Of a stretch of 51,214 nt of DNA, positions 13,701 to 25,176 are shown in pieces. Numbering within the stretch: position 1 is the stretch's first letter; the number at the start of each line of letters is the position of its first letter. The position numbers were made by a program, and so were the translations under genes. This DNA is from Chromera velia (taxonomy: Eukaryota), in the NCBI GenBank assembly GCA_018398765.1, contig JAHBMJ010000293.1:1-51214 (forward strand). The letters are read 5' to 3'. The notes beneath the pieces were generated by a model. It did no database searches. It was not told the origin of the DNA and was given only the letters and a program-made list of their open reading frames with translations.

Positions 13701-16700
13701 ATCGAACAGGATTGAGGATGCGGCAAATTTTGGGGAACACACTCTCACTGCTTTCCCGGAAGAAGACCTCTCCATCTCTGTGACCGGGGATTGGGAGGGG
13801 GCCACAGGGGATTGGGACTTCCGACACTGCGGTGGGAGTGCTTCCATGCCAGGGGTGTGGCACAAGCTTCGTCTGCCGGAGTCAAGAGGCAACCTTTCTG
13901 TCTCAGTGGAGAGCCGTTCAGACACACAGGTGGGCCAAAGTTTTTACTTACCAGCGAATCTGTTTTCTCTTGCTTGTTTGCTACAATGATCTAGACTGTC
14001 TTTTCTGTGTCTGCATCCCTCTCATTTGATCCCTCGGCTCCCCTCTCCCTTGTTGAAAAACCTTGTCTCGACTGTCTCTGCCGGCCGTGTTTCCTGGCTG
14101 TCTTTTTCCGTTGACATTCACTATCGCCCTCTTTACGCACTCCATGCAGTCCAACACTGCAGTCGGCATCCTTTCGGGAGATGGGTGTCCGTCCAACCGT
14201 TCCGCGTGTGTGTGCAAAGCGTGGGATGAGGAAGGAGATGGTCATCTCTCGCGGGTTTCGTTTCTTGGGAGTGGGGGGTCTGAGGCTTTTGTTCTCGTTC
14301 GTCCGAGCGAAAACAGTGATGGAGAGGGATTCAATTTGACTGCTTCGATAGCTCAAACAGGTCTGTGCCGTTGAAACTTTCGTGTGCTATTCACCACGTG
14401 ACTGTTTCGTCAGTGCTTTTCGCTCCTGTGTACATGAAGAAGCTGGTCAAATGAATGCGTACGTTGCAAAACGATTTGAGCTTAGACTCCACCGATCTGC
14501 CCCCGTTTGTTGTAATGCGTACCTGTCTTCGCCGATGACTGGCGTGGCTGACACTCATCACCACCGCTTTTTACTGCGAACGTTTTTTTTCAGCATCCAG
14601 ACCGACAAGGCTCATTAGTCAAGGAGCGCGTCACTCGCTGACAGTCGATGACCAGGGCGGCCTGTTTGTCTTTGGGGACAACCGGAACGGGCAGCTGGGC
14701 CTGGAGGGGTGGGGGACCTTTCGCTTGCCTACAAGAGTCCGTCAGGTTTCGGGTGTTGTTGACGCCTGTGGGGGGGGTGAGTTCTCACTTGCGCTCCTGA
14801 GGAACGGGACGGTGCTGTCGTGGGGTGAGAACTCGTATGGACAGCTCGATCGGGGAAACGAGACTGATTGGCGGCGGCCGGGGACTGTGCAGGGTCTACA
14901 GAACGAGAAGGTGGTTGGCGTCGCCTGTGGGCGTCTGCATGGGTCCGTTTGTACATGATGTGTCTCAGCTCTGGTTTGTCGGTCGCGTCGCCGTCTTCCT
15001 CCCTCTTTCTCCAGCCTCTCCCGAAGACTTTCTTTCGCTGCTGCCTTTGGTTTTTCTTCTTCTGTTCTTCCTGCCGCTCTTCCTCTTCAATTAGGGACTG
15101 TCAATCAGCACGTGCATGTTCTTGTGTCACAATCCCCATGTTTCCTTGCGGTGTCTCTTCCTTTGTCGCAGCGCGGGGTGGACAGAGGGGGGGAAGATTT
15201 TTACCTGGGGTCTTGATTGGAACGGACGACTGGGTCTGAGTCACACACCAGCCAGAGGGCGCCAAATGCAGCGTCGTGATGCACCAACCACGAGCTTCCA
15301 AACTCGAACCACATTCGAAACCATAACGCCTGACGTATGCCGAGGGCGGAGTATCCCGGAAGGCAGCGATGATGGGGAGAATAGACGGACTGCAAGTCTT
15401 GTCAATGCTCCAATATCTGAGGGTGAAGCAGTCGCAGGCGTCTCACTGGGAGAGGCGCACACTCTGATTGTGACTCGATCGGGGAGGGCGTTCGGCTGGG
15501 GATGGAATTGCAATGGGCAGTTGGGTAACGGTCAGAGTGGAGAAGACGCGGAGGAAAACAGTCCGGTGGAAATTGTAGTGGGAGAGGAGGAGAGAATTGT
15601 TGCGGTGAGCGCTGGTGGCTCGCACTCTCTAGTTCTCACCGCTTCCCAGAACGTTTTTGCGTTTGGGAGGAATTTTGAAGGGCAAGTGGGAGTAGAGAGA
15701 GCGGGGAGGACGGTCGCCACGCCTCATCTGTTGGAAAACCTTCCTGGGCGAGTTGTTGAGATTGCGGCGGGTGAGAACTTTTCGTTTTTGCGGTTGGAGG
15801 ACGGGAGAGTTTTGTCGTTTGGGGAGAATGGGGAGGGGCAGTTGGGGTTGGGGCATACAGACAGTCAGAGGGAGCCTCGGCTGGTTGATGGGCTTAGGGC
15901 CGCGAGACTCTGGAAGGGTGGAGCGAAGACATTCACGTCGCTCCTCGTTGCTACCGGCGGTGTGCAGGGTGCTGGAGAGTCTTCAGTGGGCGGGAAGGCG
16001 TACATGGGACTGACAGGCTCGGGAAGCAACGAGCAGGGACAGCTCGGACTGGGCAGTAGTGGGCGATTGACAAACTCGGAGCTGTCAATTGCTCCTCTTT
16101 TCGGTAAGTGGGAAATGTTGTGGTACGGAATACAAAAGACTAGCTTGGCGTCCCTACCCGAACTTCGAGAGGGGGTCGCAGATCGATGTCGTTTCCAAGT
16201 CCTACTGGAATGAATTCGACCTGTCGTACAAGCAAACACTATCTTTTTGTTTTTATGCCGGCCTGTGCTGTACTTGCAGTTACCTTTTGGTGCCCCCCTG
16301 CGGTTTCCTTCCCTACTGACCCTGGTGCTTCCTCTTGGAGATCGTCAAGGGGTTCCTTCGCCGCTTTCTTCCCCTCTCCTTTCTCCTCTCTTTCCATTGA
16401 TCCCGAAGAGCCTGAGGAGGGAGTCGCTACTGGTCGCACGCAGGTAACATTTGTACCTCCGGTAGACTCCCGTGTGTTTGACTTCGGAAGGTCCCAAAAA
16501 ATTCGTGCAAGCCTCGCGGACCAGCTGTCTGAGCAGAACGCGATGATGTGCGACTTTCCTGCGAATGTCATCGGTCAGTCTCAGAAAGGCAAACTCCTCC
16601 TGTCCAAAGCTCACCTGCAAAGGAGACTGATTCAGAAACCGATACAGACAGGAATGGGGGATTGTTTTTCTGAAGGCTATGATGAAACAGTCAAGGTATC

Positions 16701-19700
16701 CGTCAAACAGTGCAGTTTTTGGATTGTGGTTGACACGCACGGACGATAGCAGTCATTCAGCATTTGTTTTTCCTTGAGCAATCTGCAGGTTCTGTCACTT
16801 CTTCTTTGCTCCTTGTTCTCTGCAGACACTGAACCTCCTTTGCCTGTGTGCCCGTCACTGCTCCGACTGAACGTGAGCAGAGATGCGAGAGACATATCCG
16901 TCCTCTCGCTTCTCGAGGCCCCGCAAGTTCGAGACAATGTCGGCCTCCCCGCTGAGGTCTCTCTCCACTATACGTTCCCAGCATTTCCCCACAGCCTTCC
17001 GACCATAGCAGACTTGCATTCGCACTTCCAGTCGGAAGACATCCTAAGTGTACTCGTGGAAGGGACCGACAAGTCTGGAAACACCGGCAGCTGCACCTTC
17101 GTGATCACCTCCAACAGATGCCCTCTGAACGCCGACCGGCTCTCTGCGGACTCTCCATGCCTCTGCCTGTCAGTCAGTCAGCTAGTGAAAAAGCCCTTCG
17201 TGAAGGGACATAGAGTTTGCGTTTCTGCAAGTCTATCAGCTGTCCTGCTTTGAGTCTTTTTGTGTCCAATCAGACACTTTCATCTAGATGGCCAAAAGTG
17301 TGAAGGAATAAAATTAACGCAGCCTGTCCGCAGGAGGAAACAGAAAAGAATACCAGAAAAGACCTCCGATTGTTTTGCCATCCAGTTGCCTGTCACCGCA
17401 TTCTCACAACCGATGCACGTACGTGATGTGTTGCAGGCCTGGCTACTATAGCGGCAAGTCGCAGAGCGGCGGTTTGGTGTGTCTTCAGTGCGACCAGAAC
17501 AGTCACAGTCGCATGGGCAGTCTGTCCCCCGCCGATTGTCTGTACGACTCTGGATACTACAGAGACGCCACTGTCCCAGATGAGTCCAGATGCAGACCGT
17601 GCATACAGAGGAGCAACAGCTCCGTTGGAACAAACAGTCCATCCGAGTGCTTCTGCGCAGAGGGGTCATACTTTGTCCCTGCTGAGATTCGCAACTCTGA
17701 AGGTGCAGCGGCAGTTTCTCTCATTGACATCGTGCTTCACAGTGACCCCTTTAGTCTTTTCACCTCAGGCTCCTGCGAACCCTGTCCGTCGAACTCCACA
17801 TGCCGTGGCCAACTGTTGTCGGATTTTGAAGTCTCGAGAGTGATTCGAGAAAGCCGCCTTGCTGCAACTCTCGGTCACTTCCGAGAGGGCCGGAGGGGAC
17901 TGGGAGAGAGAAACTGGACATCCAGGCGGCATCCTTTATCGCCCTTTCGCCTTCTTGAAGCACAGTCATTTGAGACTGTTCAGCGGACCCTCCGAGGGCT
18001 CATTGCTCATCCAAGACCCGTCCCTGACGGGAACTTCACCCTCGTTCAAAGGTGGCCCCATGCCCTCATCGCCCCGTGCCCGTATCAGGACACCTGCTCT
18101 CCTGGTGTGCAGACGGACTACCAAAACGATACTGCCGGGACTGTTTGCGTTTCGGGACATACAGGGGTGAGTGGCTGGGTGATCCAGTCAGATAAGGCAG
18201 AAATTGTGTGTCCTATTTGATTTGGTGTGAAAAGGCATGAGGCTATATGCTATTAGAGTTTTCTTTTTCTTGCGAATCTTCTTCTGCTGCCGTCGTTTTG
18301 GTGTATGCAGGGCAAGACATCTTGATGTTGTCCTTTTCTTTTTGTGCTCCTGTCGGTGTGCGCCTGTTCGGTTCTGCGAGGAAAGCTCTTGCTTTCATCT
18401 CAAGTACCTATTAGCATGGACTTCCTTTCCTTTCTGTGCCTGCAGCCGATGTGCAACGAATGCGAGGCAGGCTGGAGGCTGAATCGTCAAGATTTGCAGT
18501 GCGTTGAGTGCCCTCCATCGGAAGCCATCTCTTTCCTCGTTGCCGCAATGCTGCTCCTTGCGATGCCTGTTGCCGTCTGGCTTTTCACAGCCGCAGTCTC
18601 GAAGGACAACCCGCACCTCGCAGCCGTTGAGCATGCGGTTGCGATGAAAATTGTGCTGGCATTCATTGGTCGATTCAAAATGCTTAGCGACTTGGCAGCT
18701 TTCGCTTTGCAGCGTTTGAGAGAAGAAGCTCTGGAGCATGGGCTTAGGGAGCGTGGTGGGGTGATGGCGGGAGGTGTCGCGTGGGTAGCTATGTCTGCCA
18801 CACGAATATTAAAGCGGTTGCGTTCGCTTCCATCCATAGGTAGTGTTTTCCACCTGGATTATTTCTTTTTTCGAGTCTTTCCTGAATCCGATCTGGTCTC
18901 AAGGAACCTTCTGACTCTCACCGTTCCCGCAACCATCCTCCTGCTGCTTGCCATTTTTGGGTTGCTGGCCGTCTTTGTCGGCTTTTGTCGTTCAAGAAAG
19001 ACGACGCGAAAAATGGAACGTACCGCTTCCCATCGCAGAAACGAGAAGGATGGAAAGCCGAATAACGGAGAAGAGGAGAGAAAGGGTCGATGCCCCACCG
19101 TGTTACAAGATGCGGTCGAGGAAGAGGGAGAAGAGGGAAGAGAAAAGGGAGAAAGAACAGAGGGGGTGTCTGGACAGACAGACATTGGGGCAGCGAATAG
19201 GGAGACGCTTGTTCTGAAGCGCAACCGTATGCGCGCTTTCTTTTTCAAACGTTTCGTTGGTGTGTTTCGTTGCAACTTCGACGAGTCGACCTCATGTTGG
19301 TCTGTCCTCACTGCATGGTTCGAGGGTCTTGTGGCTCTCTCCCTTGCCATCATGGTCATCTGGGGCGAGTCGTTGGTGGGCATTCCGGTTGCAACGTTGA
19401 GATGCATATTCCTGCATCCCGACATGCCTACTGAGACTGGTCTGCGGTTGCACATACAGGCGTCACAACAGTGCCCGAGGGGGGTAGAACTGTTGTTTGC
19501 CGGTGCATTCTGGCTGTCCTGCGCCTTTGCTGTCTTCCTCCCCATCATCTTCCTCGCAGCGGTGACCTGCCGCAAGCGCGCTCTCCTGGAAGCAACTGGA
19601 GGGGGCGGAAACGGGAAAAGCCAGAAAAAGTCCCCAGGGGGGTGGTGTGTCCGATCTTTGGGTACGCGTAATTCTCATAGGTCAAGGTTTTCTTGGCGTG

Positions 19701-20284
19701 CCGCAACGGCCACCAGACCCCCACCGAGAGAGGATTCTTTTTCCATCCAGAATGAGAGCGGTGAGAGGGGAGACGGAGCTGAGAGGGGAAACTCTATCCT
19801 AAAGGAAAGTAAAGAGAGTCCCCCGCAAAGCATGAGCTCCGCTCAGACCGATCTCGCTGCTACACACGCATCAGTAGTGACAGGGGACCCACGAGCGCTG
19901 CACGCTCTGTTCCAGTGGCAGTTGAGCGTTCTGCTCGTGGGGTACAAAGAGGAGTTCTACTACTGGGAGCTGGTCATCTTTCTTCGTCGGTTCTCTCTTC
20001 CCCTTGTCCTGCTAGAGGGAGAGAGCTTGGCGACTCTGTACATCTTGGGAGTCCATGCGGTCCTCTTCTTGCTGTTGCAGGTGAGTAGAGATAGACCGCT
20101 TTGTTTGTTTGTTTGTGTTTGGCGTGCTCGGAGGATTGCATGGAGCGTTATGAATCTGCTCTGGAGAAAAGGTGTCTTTTGAATGCAATTTGGAGCCAAC
20201 TGGAGCGTTCAGACTACACAAAGATACGAGTGGAAAATTAGAACCAAATCGGACGTTCAATGTCAATTGTCAGCTTCTGTGTTG

Positions 20285-20320
<36 letters not shown>

Positions 20321-22545
20321 TGCCGTTCTCTTGTGATCTCTGCAGAGTCTCGTGAGGCCCTACAAGACGGCCACTCTGAACAGATTGGAAACGCTCTCCC
20401 TTGGGTGCTGGCTGCTCGCTGTGCTCGTTTTCCAGGTAGGAAGGGTCACCGGAACTTGACAGACTTCAACGCACACCGAATGTTTCATTTTTGTATATTT
20501 TTGTTGCCCCACTTCTCACGCAGACGTATGCAACAATCTGAAAACAAGCACGCACGGATGCACGAAGAGGAACTCCCGCACGTGTGCCGCATCCAAGAGG
20601 GCCTTTACAAAACCTCTCTCCGTGTTTCTGTGCTGATGTCTGGTATGTGCAGTTTCTTGTGAATCCGAATGTTGCCCTCATCACCAAGCTGACCCTTCTG
20701 TGCGTCTTCGTCGGAGTGAGTGCATCATTTATCGTCTACGCACTGTCTGCCATCCTGGGGGGCTTTCTTGCTGGAGCAGTGGCTGCTCTGAAAAGTGCCT
20801 ATGGGCGGGTGGTGTCTCCTGAGGACGGCTGTCTGCCGGCTTTCTTGATCCCCCTCCTGCAAAAGTACCGAGTCTTCACGGTACTTCTCTGTCTCCTTGA
20901 ACCCCTCGCCGTTGCCTGTCGTCAGAGGAGCAAGGTGTTGATCTGTCTTGACGAAAATGACGGGAGAGGAGACAGGGAGAAGGGGAGAGACTCTGCAATT
21001 CTCCGAAGAGCAGAGACCCGGGAGGCAGAGGGGGACTCATGCTGCTTCGTTTGTTTTGAGAAACGCCGTTGCTGTCGTCGGCGCTCTCCTAAGACTTGCG
21101 GTGCTCGGACAGACCTCGAGTCGAAAGATTTGAGATTGAGTGGAGGAGCATCTATGGGAGAGATTGTCGCGGCAGCGTCTCCTCTCTTTGCCCAAACATG
21201 GAAAGGAGTTCACTCTGAGGTATCCCGCATTGAAATGTCTCTCCTGAATGCAATGGCAGAAAATCGCAGAAAGTCTTCTGCACTGTCTTGTCCGAGTGAG
21301 ACTGAGGAAGCTTTGGAGTGCAGTACTCTAGAGCCTCCACCTCTCGCTACGGGTTTCACATTGAGAGCAGCGAGGCTTCTGAACCGGTGGGTAGGTCCGG
21401 GGACCTCCGTTGGGGGTTCAGCGTCCCACAAGCTTCTCAGCGTCCACGTCTGTCAGCTCCCTGTGGAGCTGTGCGTTCTCTTGAAACAGATCCTCTGCTG
21501 CCGAGAGCAAGCAGAGGAACAAAGAAGAAAGGCTTTAGAGCCAGATGTGGGCAGGACCTCCACGAAGTTGTCGGGAAGGGAGGAGGAAGATGAGGGTCCT
21601 CGTGCTGTTCAGACCGATTTGAAGAGAAACACCGAACTTGCCTCGACTCTTCAGAGAAACCACGCAGACACTCCTCGAAACGCTACGGTTGGTTTTCGGA
21701 ATTTTGTCCATTCTCCGAGGGCTGAAGGCAAGGAGGTTTGCTCTGGGTTTGAGGGTGTGGCAGATGATGGGGCGGCTTCTGAGCTGCCTGAGGAGGGACC
21801 GCGCGAAGACGTTGCCGTGTATGCTCCTGTCCTCCGAGGTCCTGTGGGGTCGGAATCAGACGAGCAGGGGATCAACGTGGGAGCCGAGAGGCCGACAGAG
21901 AACGGGGAAGAAGAACTCGAACACGTATTGCAGGGTGAAAAAGGAAGCGACGGGGTTTTCGGTGGCAGCCCTGAGGCTTTTTTGAGACCTCAAAAGAGAC
22001 CATTGCAGCTAACTGACGAAGTTGTCTCTCCCTCGAGAGATGCTTTTGGTGTCGAGGGAGGGATTGATTTGGCTCGTCCTGCAGCCCCTCCTTCCGTTAC
22101 CGCGAAACATTCGGCCTCCAAGTTGCCAGTCTCCTGTCTGCCTCGCATTTCAACAGCAAAAGACCAAGAGAGCCCGTTTGAGAGTGATTTATCGGTTGTA
22201 TTGTGGACGGAGAAGGATGCCATTATTGCGGAGAACAGGCTTTGGAAAGGCCTTCTGGAGGTCTGTACAAACCTGCCGGAGAGCAGCAGCATGGAGGGTT
22301 TCCTCGAAAAAGATGGCACAGGCCAGAAAGGCGAAGAGAGAGAGACCCTCAATCGCATGATCCGGTTAAGTGAGGGATTCTTTGTGTCCTCGAATGCCCT
22401 GGAAAGAGGGGAATGGAGCGGTCTTTCTCTGCAGCAGTTGCAGGAAGGAGTTGCTCTTCTTCGGCACTTGCAACCGGAGTTGCTTTTGCAGGTATGTCAG
22501 AAATTGCGACCATATACTGCTGTGTTCAGTCCCAAGTACTTCTGA
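10713..22545 (+). CDS. Large multi-exon CRMP-like (cysteine-repeat modular) membrane receptor: signal peptide, 3x PPC/CUB-like repeats, RCC1 repeats, HYR, GCC2/GCC3 Cys repeats, multi-TM domain, cytosolic tail
   Basis: Exons join at GT-AG sites in consistent phase. Signal peptide MLILVAGTFLFFSIFAVLL. Three repeats GVW..RLP...DT.(M/I)GV.SG..CP....C.C (about 10997-14360). RCC1 motifs (FGDNRNGQLG, WGENSYGQL, WGWNCNGQLG, AGGSHSLVLT, FGENGEGQLGLG; 14594-16103). HYR motif DTEPPLPVCP...DNVG...GTDKSGNTGSCTFVI (about 16826-17110). Cys repeats (17438-18500). TM region with GYKEEFYYWELVIFLRR and, in exon 20346-20435, RPYKTATLNRLETLSL. Last exon 20653-22545. One frameshift at about 12872. Confidence 0.8.
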
Positions 22546-23205
22546 CCACAAAATACAGAGAATTCTGTTGACGGCAGATTGTGGAATTCATTTGCTCATC
22601 TGTCAAGGTTTTTGTTTGCCTTTTGTGTTTGTCCAATAGATCTGAGAGAAATCTGGAAAGACTGCTACATTACGGGACCGGGAAAAGAAGACAAAGCAAG
22701 GCTCAGTATGTGTATGCTCAGGAGGGTGTGTTCTACCAATTTGAAGCATCTATACAGACCTTTCGTACTTTCATTGTGGTGTTTCTGTTTGTTCCCCGAC
22801 TCGTTTTTTTCTGTTGTTCTTTCGGTGTTTTCTGCAGTTGTACTTCTCGTACCTCGCAAGTGCGTATGACCGGATGCACAAGAAGACAAAGTGACTCATA
22901 AAATTATGAAGTAAAACAGGCCTGCATATTGATATATATTGATCAGAGCTGTCATACTAAAAAAAAGTTTGAATGCAATCATGCATGGTCTGACTTATAC
23001 AAGTTGATGTAGCTATATGTAGCTAAAGTTGATTCAGCCTTTGATACCGCCAGGATTGATGGAATAATATTTCGATCTGAATTATTCTTTAGACTAGATT
23101 TCGTTAAGGCTACATAGGGGTACGTTTTTCGTCTTCTGGCAGTGAAGCTCGGGACAAACCCGGAGTATAAATCTTATCTTGTCTTATCCAATAAATTAAA
23201 CTATA

Positions 23206-23674
23206 TGCTTTATCCCTCCTGTCCGGCCACCTTATGGCGTCCAGACAGAAGGTAAAGCGAGGATAAGAACCTTAAGAAGATCTAGAGAAGGAGCGTGAGC
23301 AACACTTAGTCAGGCAACAGTTTACAGAACGTTTGTCCCTACATCAGTTTAAGTTCTAGCGCGATCTGGTATTCTAATTGGCTGGGTTCATTCTATCATA
23401 CACAGTTTCTACTCATTCTTCTCTCTCAGACTTTTTGATCTATGACAAACAGACATTAGCCTCAAACAATACTATCCGTTGCTTAAGTGATGTGTTGCTT
23501 GAATACGAACATTGCGAAGGTCAGACAGTGTAGACTCAGACTCAACTTTGATCGATGCGCGCGCGACACATATGAAGCAAAGCGCGGCGGCAGAATGTAG
23601 CGCGGCATGCTGGCTCACTCAGTCATGGCGCATGCAAAGGCTTAAAGGGAGGCGCCACAGGGTAGGACTCTACA
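23206..23674. repeat. LTR of outer element (3' LTR on minus strand)
   Basis: TGCTTTATCCC...GGACTCTACA; about 93% identical by eye to 31230-31683. Confidence 0.85.
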
Positions 23675-24585
23675 GATCCCCCCCGGCCATGGATAGGAAA
23701 ATCGTGTCCTCGCGATCAACAAATGAAAAGACCAAGCATGCGCTTCAATGCCTAAAATAGATCTCATCTAAGTCGCCGTAGATGTTGTTAGAGCTCCGAA
23801 AACTCCATCTCGATGGCATCCATGTCAAAATATTCAAGGCGCCACGTAAATTAGAACGATCTCAAAACACCACGAGGTGTGAGGCGTGCTCGCAAGTCCA
23901 AGATCACCCAGAGATAGGCGCGTAATGCAGATACTGGTAGCACCAACAAAAGCACCTATTTAGCGCCTGTGTATGTCATTGACCGGAAGACTCGATTAGA
24001 GTCATGGGTTCCCAGCACCAGCTAGTTCAGGAGCACGGCGGCCAACGTGTGTGTCCAATTCGGCGTTATCGAATTATTAATAGCTGCAAAGGGATGTAGA
24101 GAAAAGAAAAGGGTACAGCTACATATTGCTCCACTCATGGCTTCCTGAAAGCTTGTTTGTGTGTCGGCCATCCTCATTCTCACTAAGCTACCATACCAAG
24201 CCAAACCAAACGGCACTTCAGAACACTCTGTCATGACCTGTTGAGGTGCATTGCTCCGATTGCTCGATCGTTCGCTCTATGAGCAGCCATCACCAGCTTC
24301 AAATCCTTCCACCTTCTCACTGTCAGTCGAGAGGAACGGTGCAACCGGGACATATCGACCTATCACAGGGTAACCCGGCCACACGGCAGCAGTCACATAC
24401 TTGACTTTTCGTACTTCAGGCCTGCCATTCCCTCAGGGGCATCAAATACATCCAATACCTCCTAGCTCAACATCAAGATCGAAAGTGCAAGTCTTCTCAG
24501 CTTCCGACAGCATGTCACTTTGCAGCAGAAAGAACTCTCTCAGCTTCGTTCTCTCGGAGGGAAGTCCTGACGACTTCATATGTAT

Positions 24586-24863
24586 TGTTAGCTATATACG
24601 GGGCTCTCTGAACTCTAATAGCTAAGAAGGGCATTCGAGTTCAGTGGCTATAAGTGTCGTAGAAAGTCTCATCTAGGAGAGTTGTCCTGTTAATTCATCA
24701 GTTAGATGCTACCACATCAATTAAGCGTGCATGCAGGCAGACTGATCAATTCCGACGTCAGGCCATATCAGAATTATACAGGCCGTCACTCATAGCGTCG
24801 CTACGCCACCACGCCACCACGCCTTGAGCCCGTCGCCTGCCCGCTGCTCGTGTCTGGCCTACA
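24586..24863. repeat. 3' LTR of chromovirus
   Basis: Matches 30295-30572 with about 15 differences in 278 bp. Confidence 0.92.
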
Positions 24864-25176
24864 CCTGCCCGCTGCTTAGAGCCAACGACCTCGCTCGGCT
24901 TCTGCTCTTCTTCTATAGGCTGTCTCTCCTACAGCCCCCTCGAACCGTCGCTGATCACACACCTCATTCTGCACGGATAAGTACATCGAACTACATACAC
25001 ACACATGCAAGATTGGAGGATAATGTCACACATAATTCATCTACCTAATCTTCTTCATCCATCCTATACTCACAAGCACGCATACCACTCCACAGGCCTA
25101 TGACTTCTGCCCACATTGACTTCACCTCTCTGTTTCTCAACTACATCCTACACCTGCCCGTTGCTTCTTTCTTTTT

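Noticed and set aside
23675..24585. Possible long degenerate ORF on the minus strand inside the outer LTR element
   Set aside because: About 10 stops in about 305 codons is not clearly below random expectation and no motif was recognised; it needs a family consensus to judge.
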